From Hypanus sabinus (Eukaryota): a stretch of DNA of 64,000 bases. Position numbers and translations under genes: made by a program. Where the stretch lies: assembly GCF_030144855.1 (NCBI RefSeq), contig NC_082722.1, positions 20,088,001-20,152,000 of the forward strand, written 5' to 3'. This document shows positions 52,690 to 64,000 of the stretch, piece by piece. A model generated the notes under the pieces. The model was not told the origin of the DNA. It did no database searches and saw nothing but the letters and a program-made list of their open reading frames with translations. The first letter of the stretch is position 1; every line of letters begins with the position of its first letter.

Positions 52690-53920
52690 TTCAGGTCTGT
52701 AAAATTATCCTTCTTTGGGATAATATAAATGACAAGATAGGCCAAAGCCAGCATGGTGTTCGGAAAGGAAAATCCTGTCTGACTAACCTACTGCAATTTT
52801 TTTACGGAAATGACAGGCAGAATGGGCAAAGCAGATGCAGTAGATGTGGTGTACTTGGATTTTCAGAAGGCATTTGACAAGATGCCGCACATACAGCTGC
52901 ATTTCGAGATAATTGCCCATGAAACTGCAGGGGAGTTACCAGCATGGGTGGAGCATTGGCTGATCGGCAAAAAAACAGAGAGTGGAAAAAAGGTTTCCTA
53001 TTCTGGCTGGCTTCCGGTTACCAGCGGAATTCCACAGGTGTTGATGTTAGGACCACTGTTTTTTTATGATTCATGTCAATGATTTGGTCTATAGAGAGGA
53101 TGTATTTTTGCTAAATTTGCCAAGATAGGTGGCGGGTGTGCATTGTTGAGGAAACAGTGAGCCTGCAGATAGACTTAGATAGTTTAGGGGAAAGCACAAA
53201 GAATTGGCAAATTAAATGCAATGTTTGTATATGTATGGTCATGCACGCTGGTGCAGAATATTATCTAGATGGGAAAATAATTCAAAATGCAGAGGTGCAA
53301 AGGGACGTGGGAGTCCCTGTGCAGGATACCCGGAATGTTAAGGTCCAAGTTGAGTCGGTGCTGAAGAAAGCAAATACATTGTTGGCATTCATTTCCAGAG
53401 GTATTGTTTTCAGTTTTGGACTCCTTCTTTTAGAAAGGGTATACTGACATTGGAGAGGGTTCAGAAAAGATTCACGAGAGTGATTCAACGAATGAAAGGT
53501 TTACTGTGTCAGGACGTCTGGCAGCTCTTGGGCTGTATTCCCTGGAGTTCAGGAGATTGAGGGGAAATCTCATAGAAACATTACAAATCTTAAAATGCTT
53601 GAAGAGAATAAATATGACAATGTTATTTCTCATGCTAGGGAATCTAGTACAAGAGGACACGACTTCAGGATTAAAGGACGTCCGAGGAGGGTATATCTGT
53701 GTAATTTGTTGCCACGAGCGGCTGTGGAGTCTTAGTGATCTGGTGTACTTAAGGCAGAGATAGAGAAGTTCTTAACAAGCCATGGCATCCAAGAGTATCG
53801 GGAGAAGTCAAGGGGGTGGGGATGACTGGAAGAATTGAATCAGCCCATGATTAAATGGCGGGACACACACTATCGGCCGAATGGCCTACTTCTGCTTGTA
53901 TATCTTATGGTCTTATATAC
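52690..53920 (+). mobile_element. CR1 LINE 3' fragment
   Basis: VVYLDFQKAFDK and SGIPQ RT motifs; tail ending in TCTTATGG repeats. Confidence 0.85.
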
Positions 53921-54185
53921 AAACGTATATGTTTTGTCTGGCTCGGTATCGGGCGACTAGCATTTCACAATTAATGCAGCAGTGATTGAGGTTTACTTCC
54001 CATGCCCGACGAAATGGCGTGTTTCCAAGTTTACCCATGACCGTATGACTTTCTTTGGGAGCTCGGTATTTCTTCCATATTCCAAATATGTAGTTGTGAG
54101 TCGGCTACTTCGTCACATGGGTGTAATTGGGAGGGGCAAAATTTATGGCTATGTTAGTGTTACATCTCTGAAGCAAATTCATATG

Positions 54186-54323
54186 CTACTCATGCCAGTG
54201 TCTCTGATTTACCGGAGAATAGATAACGCGCTCTTCTTGTTGACGATCTTTGCGAAATCCTTTGCTGTCCCTCATATTCAGTGAAGCATAGGTAGTGGTG
54301 TGCTCAATCGAAGCTTGTTCAGC
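54186..54323 (-). CDS. Gene C last exon: cytoplasmic tail with two tyrosine motifs
   Basis: Acceptor TTTTTTTCCAACAG; AEQASIEHTTTYASLNMRDSKGFRKDRQQEERVIYSPVNQRHWHE*. TTYASL (54279-54296) is ITIM/ITSM-like and VIYSPV (54210-54227) is a canonical ITIM. Confidence 0.85.
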   Translation of the reverse strand, partial: AEQASIEHTTTYASLNMRDSKGFRKDRQQEERVIYSPVNQRHWHE

Positions 54324-57300
54324 CTGTTGGAAAAAAAGAACATATTTGATGTTGATAACTGACACAAAGGGCAATGATCACGAATTAAGTTTGTGTCGAT
54401 ATAGCTAATAATAGAAAATGATTTAAAAATTGTTGGAATAACATTTTGTCCGCGTATAATGATATTCTCCGTATATAAGACCGGACGTGGGATACCAAAC
54501 ACATTTCAGGCAGGAAGTCCCTACATTTACGTTAGATTTCCAAACAGCCACTTATAACCAGCCAATCAAATGGAACGGTTTCTCTGGTCTGGCCATCTCC
54601 TTTTTCTTTTCTTCTGTCATATACCTTCCGCTCTTCCAAGTTTTGTGCACGGGCTTTATCCGATGCGTTTATATTATCCACCCCGTCAAATTATTGTAAT
54701 CATTGGCATGACCAGATTTTGTACCCATGGTGCAATTAGAATTTGTGATCTTCAAACTCGCATTATCCCGGTTAAGGACATTTGTCCAAATCATAAGATC
54801 TGATGTACAGTCCCAGACTGGGGTAACTGAGTTAGCAAATACAGGAAGGGCATCTTGCCCGCTGCTGGGCTTATTGGTGTTGCTGGTCAATCAGTTAATG
54901 TACAGTCGAAATAATTAGTGTAATTGGACATGCCCGTTACATTAAATGGTTAAAAAAGCATTTGTTTTGGCAGAAAGAATAATAGAGCATTCTAGAGCAA
55001 TATAGCAACGGTAAATAATTTCTCTTCAACGTTCCAGCTTCAACTTAGACATTACTCTCAGAAACGGTCCTTCATTTCCGGAACTGGTACCAAAGCTGAT
55101 AGAAGTTTCAACGGAGTACTAATATCGTGAAACCAGAGATATATAACGGCCTTGCTCTGGAGACATGAAAAGTTGCTGCAGCAAAAACTTTACGTAAAAG
55201 TAAAAATATGCGCAGGAATTGGGAAGGTGATTAATGGAACACAAGTAGACGATTCCAGTTCTAGACAGATGGGTATGCAACCGATAAAGGTTTTCCTATA
55301 TGCTGTCAGGAGAATCCAGATGGCACAAATTTTATAACGTTGAACTGCTCGAATTCTGAAGTAAAATAAACAAATAAAATACACAGTAGATCAAGAAACA
55401 AGAGAACAATTAACGTTTATGCTGCATTCTGGGGTGGAGTTTTCAATCTGAAAGGACAACGCATTCTCTTTCTTAGTTGTCGTTAGAGATCTTTAATTTC
55501 TGGATTAAATCCAAAATGGGATATGAGAGTACATTTATAAGTTTCAGGCATTTCTTTCAAAATTAATGACGATTATCATTCACCGTAGCCTCGTGAAGCA
55601 GCAGGCGCCCTGTGGAGTTTAATCAACATATTGGTATCATTATGCACCAGATACTACACTGTTTTTGAACACATATTAGATTCCATTGAAGATTAAGTAG
55701 TGAGAAATTGATCTTTGTTGGGAATCGGGATGAAAAACTGCATATGACTTTCCAAAACAAGTTTTCGTTGCACTTTCAAATTTGCTTACTTTGCGTTCAA
55801 ATTAAAATAAACATATATTGCGAAGTGATTCATGCGTGTACTGTATTTCGACATTCACCACTACACAGTGATTCTCAAAGAATGATTAACAGCCTAACTT
55901 CCACTGATACATATTACCGTTCATTTTAATGCAACCGGTTAAGAACTGGTGCGGAATCCTCAAGGACTATCGGAAACAGATTAAACAGGAATATTCAAAT
56001 ACACCTTGGATATATACTTCAAAATAATGAGTTGTCGGGAGCTTTCATCCTTTCCTATTGCGATCCGAATGTTAAAACAAAATAAATTTATAATATCTCT
56101 GATATACGTATACGCCACTCTGAAAGAAGACGAGACATTTCACCTACCGGCACTTCATTCTGAAAACTGCCCAAAGAATTTGCGTTAATCCCTTAAGAAA
56201 AGTAAAATAAATTATTTGCATTGTGAACATTGGAAATTATTCGTTTGATACCAATAGAATTCATTGCATAAGAGGAACCGCAGAATTTACGGATCTTTTA
56301 GAAAGCATTTTCTGGTATCAGTTGTCTTAATCCAGTGCATCAACATTATGGCACTATGCTGAAGAGTCTTCGATTTTTATCGAAGCTGTAAAGTGATAAT
56401 AGCATATGAATGGCCGTACTACATTTAAATACTGTCGGTAAATAAAATACAATCGATAGGACATGCACGACCTGACACAGTTCTTGACACAGCTACAGTA
56501 AGCAAAGACGGGAAGTTCCTTACGCTTCAAAATATGGATCCACCGTTGTATTGAAAACACCATTTAAAGTATTCCAAATGTATATGACGGCATTTATGAA
56601 CAAGATACCGCATGTAAATACAGCGAATGGACAGCTGGGATTATTGCGTGTACAGATCTAGCTTCTATTGTGTCTGATGTATTGTTATTTATGTATTCCA
56701 GTTCAATCATCTCAAATTCTGTCTAATTATGCTGTAATGATATTTCTATTTGAAGTTAAATACCTTTAGCGCATCTATTTTGCACGAATAGAGATGATAT
56801 TTCTTAGCGATCAGTGTTCTTACCGTGCGATCTCTTTAACTTGAATATCACCAAAACTATTATCAGAGCTAAAATTGCCGATCCCTCCAGTGCACATGCC
56901 AGAATGAATTTTGTATCGCAGCCTTTTGAATCAACAGCTGGAAAACAAACATCTGTGAAGCATCTAAAACCAAATCCAGGCATAAAAATCAACAGTGTCA
57001 AATATTTTATAAGCTGCTTTCAAATCTCACTGCACAATATCGGAAAATATATCATAAAACAGGAAATGCAAATTCCCACCTTTGTTATATCACAATGAGA
57101 TACAGAGTTTAAGATTTGCTTTTTCCCAACATTTACAAATGTTCAAAAGTTTGCGAGCTTACAAATACTGCACGGATTTAATTTCTTAATTCGTCCTGCA
57201 TGATTTAAACAGACGAAAACTAAAACGTTCGATTTTTTATCACCTTTCATGTTGAGTATTCACTGTTAATTACTAAGCTTCAAAATTAATCATTCTTCCG

Positions 57301-60300
57301 TGTTTAGTGGCTGTTCAATTACTCTTCTTAGGAACTTCACTTTGACCCAACCATTATGACTTATAAGCGCTCCATCTTATATTCAGCGCAAAATATTCTG
57401 AACATGCAGAAATCCAGAGTAACAAAGAAAATCCCGGAAGAACTCAGCCGATCAGGCAGATCCAAATTGTCGACGTTTACGGCTGAGATCCAAAAATCAT
57501 GACTTCAACAAGATACTATCTTACCTTGCTCCTGTTTGTAGCTGAAAATGGCAGGCACCATCAAGGAGACATGCGACACTAGACAGGTGTAAATATCTTT
57601 TCCCCAAGTAGACTGCGTGACTTCCAATAAACTAAAAGCTTCGTACAAGCCATCGACGCTTCGGTTTGTCCTATTTTCTATTCCTGTGTGAATTTGCTTG
57701 TTATTTCTTTGCCAAACGATTTCAATTTTCTCCGGGTAGAAAGCAGCCGTTTTACAAAGGAGTTTTCGAGGAGACGAAAACCCTCCAATAGGAACAATTT
57801 CCAATGGAGTTGGAGAAGCTTGAGTAAAAACAAAGTTACATTGGGTATTTTCGATAAATTTCATTTCAGGTAGATTCCTTCATTTCCCCACCAACTAGCA
57901 TGATAATTTTACTATCACATGAGTTACCCGCCAGTACTTAATAAATTCTTTCAAGTTCATATTCTTTTTATTGTTGCTAAACAATACACACACACTCCCC
58001 AAAGCGAAACATTGCTCTTCTCGTGCCAAGTTCCAAAACAGGTTATATATACTCAGACCACACCACCTGTCGTTATCATCCAGTACTGACAGTCACAAAA
58101 TAAGCAAATTAAAATACAGTCAGTTGGGGAGAAGGATGAAAGGAAGAGTTCGGAGAATACACCTGGACGACGAAGCTAATAGGCTCGAAGTGCAGAAAGC
58201 ATTCTCTTTTGAATGGTATTTGAGCTTTATTGCACAGCTGGGATTGCTGCGTGTGTTAGCTTTGGAAAACTGCCTATTTTCATTTCGGATCAACACTGAG
58301 CTGCAAAACCTAAAATATCACAGATTTCTATAGTACGACTGCACACAGAGTTGAATATTCTGGCAGTTGAACTGCTTAGGGAGTTCAGCTTTCTAGTCAT
58401 TAACACTCAGTAATAGAGATTTTTCCGGAATGTGAACCATTGCTGGAACAGTTCCCCCGTATTGACTGATGTGAATCATCTTCTCGATAAACAGCCAGAA
58501 CCGCAAATGCAAATTGATACTGAGCGCATTGATTCTATCGTCCTGTTCTTTTTAAAGTCTGAGGTTCTGTAGCAAAACTGTCGACAGTGATTTGGCACTG
58601 CTATAGGATCGCATGGGGTCAAACATGAACTGAACAACCTCAGTTTCACCATGCATAAAGTTTACTAAAACGTGAGCCCAATCTTAAGGTTCTATAAACG
58701 TCGACGGCTTCAGCTACAGCTATGGTCGGTGTCTAACAGGGGAGATTCAACAGTTAGATAGCTTTATACGTTCATCACTGCAGTTAAAATTTCGCTCTGC
58801 CTACAATAGCCATCCGGAGCTCACGGGTGCCTGACTCCACTCCCCACGCCTATACCGACGTCAATGTTCTTGGCCTTCTGAAATTCTAGGTGAAGGACAA
58901 TTCTAAGGTGAAAAAGAAATCGAAGGAATTCTGCAGTTACATTAAGCATAAAGGGATAAAGACAAACACAATTGATCCATTTGAAGATCAGCGCGTTCAG
59001 CAATGCATGGAGTCGAAAGAGTTGTCGGGGGGGGGGATCTGATACATTTCCATTTGTATTTATTCGGGAGACGTACACAGCGACTATACAACTAAAGCAA
59101 ACCAGAAGCAATGTCATGGCCCATATACGGATTACAGCCTTGAGGCAAAGTAGGGTGCAGAAGTGTTCAGAACATCGCAAGGTGACCCATCGAACCTCGT
59201 TGGAAGCTAAAGCAGAATGTGAAAGGGCCCTGCCCCGATAGAGGTCCTTACTCGTCGGTGAGGTGCCAGAGTACTGGTGTATAACTAATGTTTTAAGACC
59301 ATATGACTATTGGATATAAGAGCCGAATTAGGTCATCTGGCCCATCAAGAATTCTCTGCCATTTCATTTTATCTATTATTTTCCTTTTAGCCCGAACCTC
59401 CTGACTTTTCCCGTTAGCTGTTCATGCCCTAAGCAATCAACAATGTATGACATCTGCTTTAAATATCTATAAAATCTTGGTCTCCATAGCTGTCTGTGGC
59501 AAAAAAAAAAATCCCCTTCATCTCATTTTCAAAATGATGCTCCTCTCTTCTGAGTCTGCGTCCTCTGGTCTTATATTCACCCACAGTAGGAGAAATCATC
59601 TCCACATCCACAATATCAAATACCTTCACTTTTCAATAGATTTCAATGCGGTCACCCCTTTTTTTTTTCCTGAATTCCAGTAAATATAGGCCAAGAGCCA
59701 CAAAACGCTCTCATATAACTATTTAAATCTGAAATAATTGTTCTGAATCTCCTTTCAAACCTCTCCAGTTTCAGAACATATTTTCCAGTATAAGGGGTCT
59801 AAAACTGCTCACAATGTGTCGTGACGGCTCTCCAGTGCTTTATAACATCTCAACATTACATCCTGGCTATTATGTACTAGTTCTCTTGAAATAAATGTTG
59901 TTATTGCATTTGCCTTCCTGACTACAGACTCAAACTGCAAATTAACCTGCATGGAATACTGCACACGGACTCCTAAGTCCCTTTGCACATCCGTGATTTT
60001 GTAATTTATATCCGTTTACAAAATAGTCAAGACTTTCATATCCTCTACCAAAGGGCATGACCACACACTTCTCGACACTGTTTTCCTTCGCTCACTTCTT
60101 TGCCTATTCTCCTAATCTGACTAATTTCTTCTGTCGCCTCTATAATTCCTAAAAAACTACCTGCCCGACCACCTATTTGCATATCGTCTGCACACTTTGT
60201 AACAAAGTCATCTATTCCATCATCCATATCATTGACATATAACCTTAAAGGAACTGATCACACCACAGACCCCTGTGGAACAACATTAGTCACGGGCAGC

Positions 60301-62927
60301 CAAACAGAAAGTGTTCCCTTTATTCCCATTATTTGTCTCTTACCAACCAGCCACTGCTTTATCCACCTTAGAATCCTTCCTGCAATACTTCCTGTGCTAG
60401 TAGAGTGTTAAACAACCTTGTGCATGACACCTTGTCAAAGGCCTTCTAACATCCAAGTGTACAACATTCGATTCTACCTATCTTTATCTTTCCTGCTTTT
60501 CATCCCTTCTAATAATTCAATCAGATTTGTTTGGCGAGATTGTCGCTTCAGAAAATCAAGCTGAATATGGACTGTTTTATTATCTGCCTCCAAGTACCCT
60601 AAGACCTGATTCTGAATAACGGACTCCAACATCTGGTCAAACAGTGAGGGAGAGTGACTGGCCTATAGTTTCACTTTTCTCCCTGTCTGCCTTATTGAAG
60701 GGTGGAGTGACATTTGCAATTCTCCAGTCTATCAGAAGCATTCTAGAATCTAGTTATTCTCGAAGATCTTTGCAATCTCATCAATCCTCCACAATCTCAT
60801 CAGCAACTTTTATCAGAATCCTGGGACGTACATCATCCGGTCTAGTTGAATTACCTACCTTCAGTCCTTTCAGATTCCCATGAACTTGCTCTGCAATTAT
60901 GTTTCCAGTTTTCCCGTTGTTCAAGATATACTCTCGGAATAAGCCGGGATAATATAGTCTACACGAGTGAATATGCAGATGCTGGAAATAAATAAAAGCA
61001 CAAAATACTGGCAGAACTCAGCAGGCCCGACATCATCTATGGGTGGTGGTATTGACGACTTTTCTCGCCGAAACTCCTGATGAAGTGTTTCGGCCCAAGA
61101 CGTCGTCACTACCTCCTCCCATACATGCTGTCTGGCCTGCTGAGTTCTGCCAGCATTTTGTGTTTTTATAATATAGTCCAGCTGGTATTACGGAAAAGTG
61201 GGTAATTTATCGGAAGATGTTCTTAAGAAGGGGATATATAAATACTTAGATAGATGTGGCATTATTGGCAATTGACAACACTGTTTTGTGCAAGGTAGGA
61301 TGTGTCTGACCAATCTTAATGAGCTTATCGAGCGGGTTACCATTGATCTTGATGAAGGATAACTGTGGATATGGTCAACATAGATTTTAGCAAGGTCTTT
61401 GTAAAAGTTCTGCATTGGCGTGGTGGGCTGTCAGGTACCTTCGCTTGGCATTCAGGATGAAGAAGTACTTTGTATCTAAAGTTTGCTTCGCCGGAGAAGC
61501 CAGAGTATGGTAGGAGATCGTTGTACTTTGGTCAACAGCCTTTGACTAGTGCTGTGTCACATGGGTATCAAAGCTCGAAACGGGTTATGGACCAGGTTGG
61601 CTGAAAATGGCAGATATAATTTACTGAAGGTAATTGCAAGCTCTATCAAAATTCACCTTGATCTTGTGAGGTCTTTATTTCTCCCCATTTTGTATGGTGA
61701 AAGAAATATATATATTGCTAATCTTGCATGATAAAAGTTTGAATTAAAATTTGCAGTGCATGGGACAAATTGTTAGTGATGTTGGAGTTAACTCGTTTGG
61801 AGCTGGGTATTATTCCTCTCTACTTTTGATGCGGATCTGCAGCATTGCGCTGCTGCATACAGACTTTCTGATAGAGATTATTTAATTTTTCATATTTTGC
61901 TTCTCTATGACGACGAATCGAGTTATCCAACTCCATCCGTTCACATCAGTATGAATATTATTTTGACATCTTGCTTGCAAAACAATCCTAACCTTGCTTG
62001 AAATAAGTAATTCTTTGCATTCAATGCACCTTAGAGATAATAATAAGGTAAAGTCCAAAGGTATCACAAACATTGGACATCATGTTTAACTGGGAGACAG
62101 CTGATGAACAGGGCTGGATGAGCAGCAGTGGGAAAAAGTTTGGGGAAGTACGATACGATAAATAGAATTAACACTATTATGCGCCTTAAAGGTGCTACGT
62201 AAAATTTGATTAATTCTTCTGTTCTTTATAATTCTGAACATAGAACATCTGGACTGGGTGTATTAAAACCGGGGAAACAAACGTACTCTTGCCGTTTGTT
62301 TTATCAAGTAGAAACACTTTATTCTCCTCACTAAGTCTTATGTGAAATGCACAGAGCTGAAAATCTCCAAACAGCACACTCACCGAACACAGATAGCCTG
62401 GTACCATTTCCACTCCCGTGAGATTTTTTTTGATAATTTGCTACACAGTAATACATTCCGGAGTCGGCGATTGCGACATTCCAGAGCACAAGTGCTCCCC
62501 TTCCCTTATCTAGAGTAAATTGTCTTCTGCTGTCCCTTTCTAAAAATGACTTCTCTCCTTTTCTCCACCAAGAAACGTCAACAGTATCTTCTGATAGTGG
62601 GAATTGGCAGAACATGGTAACATTCGCACCTAGTGGGGTGTCCAGCTCCGGAGGTAACTGAAATACTTTGCTCGCAGTTACTTTGACGGCTGCTGGAAAC
62701 ATAAGCAAGAGTATTAATAACTGCCAGAAAAGGAAATTTAAAAAAAAAAAAAACGAAAGACGTAAGTCACTGGACATCTAAGACGTGTAAGCAAATAAGC
62801 TGCTGACGCCCAGGGTTAAATAATCTGAAATACAATATTCAGTTCGGAAGCGGCAGGAATAAATCAGCATACTTAGCCAAGAAATAGCCAGAAGTGCCAC
62901 GTACGAAACCATGAATTTCTCCGACAT
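54186..62927 (-). CDS. Gene C: spliced VJ-C1-TM-ITIM inhibitory Ig-superfamily receptor (SIRP-like architecture), about 300+ aa
   Basis: Five exons in order with AG/GT boundaries: leader, V and C1 join in phase 1 and TM starts in phase 1; no stops in any exon. TM exon ends phase 1 but the tail exon starts phase 0, so at least one small exon in 54324-56823 is unlocated. Confidence 0.88.
56824..56937 (-). CDS. Gene C exon 4: stalk + transmembrane + basic stop-transfer
   Basis: 114 nt, acceptor TTTTCCAG, donor G|GTAAGA; AVDSKGCDTKFILACALEGSAILALIIVLVIFKLKRSH. Confidence 0.88.
57525..57818 (-). CDS. Gene C exon 3: C1-set Ig domain
   Basis: 294 nt, phase 1-1, acceptor ACTCAAG, donor G|GTAAGA. 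LLCKTAAFYPEKIEIVW...DGLYEAFSLL...YTCLVSH; the last motif fits the C1/MHC signature [FY]xCx[VA]xH. Confidence 0.93.
58850..60900. mobile_element. Two CR1 fragments (plus ~58850-59290; minus ~59290-60900) in gene C intron 2
   Basis: Minus ORF 60045-60227 VTKCADDMQIGG (FADD region); CR1 tail near 59300. Confidence 0.7.
60994..61166. repeat. Head-to-head Penelope-terminus hairpin (~80-bp arms)
   Basis: 60994-61074 is the reverse complement of 61087-61166 with scattered mismatches; the centre contains CTGATGA. Confidence 0.85.
61190..61620 (+). mobile_element. Decayed CR1 RT fragment
   Basis: gattttagcaaggtcttt and ctagtgctgtgtcacatgg resemble the DFSKAF and PQG regions. Confidence 0.55.
62384..62692 (-). 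CDS. Gene C exon 2: V-type Ig domain with germline-joined J motif
   Basis: 309 nt between acceptor TTTCCAG and donor G|GTGAGT. NVTMFC (B-strand Cys), VSWWRK (C-strand Trp), DSGMYYC (F strand), GSGNGTRLSV (GxGTxLxV J motif). Confidence 0.93.
62873..62927 (-). CDS. Gene C exon 1: signal peptide MSEKFMVSYVALLAISWL
   Basis: ATG at 62927 (second ATG 62912), hydrophobic core, phase-1 donor A|GTATGC; joins the V exon as ...SWL-T-AVKVTA/SKVFQ. Homologous 55-nt leader in copy A. Confidence 0.85.
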
Positions 62928-62987
62928 CTTGCAAAATCCTAATCTACCAACTCCTGCAATACAAGTGGTATTTTAAAGAACTTGGCA

Positions 62988-63050
62988 GAGGAAACGGTCT
63001 TCGTGAGTAAATATCTTAATCATGTAAACATGACGTAGGATGACGCCACC
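62988..63050 (-). promoter_or_regulatory. Possible proximal promoter of gene C (ETS-like GAGGAA and two TGACG CRE half-sites)
   Basis: Motifs lie 60-120 nt upstream of the ATG: GAGGAA at 62988-62993, TGACG at 63031 and 63041. Short motifs, positional inference only. Confidence 0.25.
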
Positions 63051-63799
63051 GCAAGGCAGAATAATGTTGTTCAGATTTAAAATCTGCCTGGGCTGGAATG
63101 TAAATAAGAACTCTTACAGTTCTAACTTTCTTCATGACCTACCTAGTACTTTCGTGATAATAATGGAAATCTTGTCCTCTTGCTGAATTCAGGAATTATC
63201 CAGATATTTATTGAGATACAGATTCAAATCTGTGCTCTATGCATTTTGATGGTAAAGTTGGAAATCGGCTTAGGAGTTGAAAGATGCCTAATAGGCGGAC
63301 AAAATAAGAACAACATTTTTTCCTTTCAATTTACATTTGCAGTTTTGCCCCATTTCAGTCCTATAACTTCAGTGTAATAACACCTTGCTGGTTTCTCTAG
63401 TAAAGCAGTTTGCGCTATTACGGCCAAACAGTTTCAAGCCGCGACTGGTAGGGACGGAGTTTCATAAATGAAAAGTTCGTTTCTCTTGATAATTGTCTCT
63501 AAGGTATGGTTATAACAGTTCGATTAATGAACTACTGCTTAATGTCTGAATTACAAACCAAAAAGGAAATGACGAACGAGACTGATATGAACCGTAAGTA
63601 CATTCCCTCTGAAGTCATCATTCACATGTCTTCAGTACAATGTATGATTTCGGATTCTGAGAATTGATGCCTATTTCTTCAGCAATTTTCATGTAATTTA
63701 AATGGTGAAGTTACATGAAACAAAAGGATATAATGTGAAAACTTCACGAATTAATTCCATAGACAGATTTCAGGCTATTTTTTTTTCAAAGTCGGCACC

Positions 63800-64000
63800 A
63801 TTATACTCAGGCAACACACACAAAATGCTGGTGGAACACAGCAGGCCAGGCAGCATCTACAGGAAGATGTACAGTCGATGTTTCGGGCCAAGTTCGTCAG
63901 GACTAACTGAAAGAAGAGATATTAAAAGATTCGGAAGTTGGAGAGGGAGGAGGAGCTCCGAAAAGATAGGTGTAGACAGGAGTCGGCGGGTCTAAGCTAA
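63800..64000 (-). mobile_element. Penelope terminal repeat with hammerhead-like core
   Basis: Minus strand reads agtcCTGACGAacttggcccGAAAcatcgactg followed by the gctgcctggcctgctg terminus. Confidence 0.7.

Noticed and set aside
14385-62692. V exons as rearranging TCR, Ig or IgNAR segments
   Set aside because: The J motif is already fused in the exon and no heptamer-spacer-nonamer flanks them. CACAGTG hits I checked (~2547, 6404, 37508, 55864) lack a convincing nonamer and are far from V exons. The tail has ITIMs.
1-64000. rRNA, tRNA genes, CRISPR arrays or prokaryotic operons
   Set aside because: None seen; the only tRNA-related sequence is the 18-nt PBS at 7464-7481.

Overview
Vertebrate genomic DNA dense in retroelements. 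It is most likely a cartilaginous fish, inferred from the CR1/Penelope repeat content and the gene family; this is not proven from the window. The window holds a small cluster of non-rearranging Ig-superfamily receptor genes built as leader / germline-joined VJ-type domain / C1-set domain / TM / twin-ITIM tail (SIRP-like architecture, NKp30-like V end). Copy C (minus, 54186-62927) appears intact apart from one small linker exon I could not locate. Copies A (plus, 14169-16967) and B (minus, 24675-33814) are reciprocally deleted pseudogenes forming an old tail-to-tail inverted duplication. Mobile elements include a nearly intact Gmr1-type Ty3/Gypsy element (6614-13138; PR-IN-RT-RH order, SCAN-like Gag, tRNA-Pro PBS), a chromovirus remnant, solo LTRs, many CR1 LINEs, L1, RTE and hAT remnants, and Penelope termini with decayed hammerhead-ribozyme cores. 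Several CR1 copies end ORF1 at T_TTA_AAC_stop with ORF2 in the -1 frame, suggesting programmed -1 frameshifting. All alignments and counts were made by eye, and boundaries of decayed repeats are approximate.
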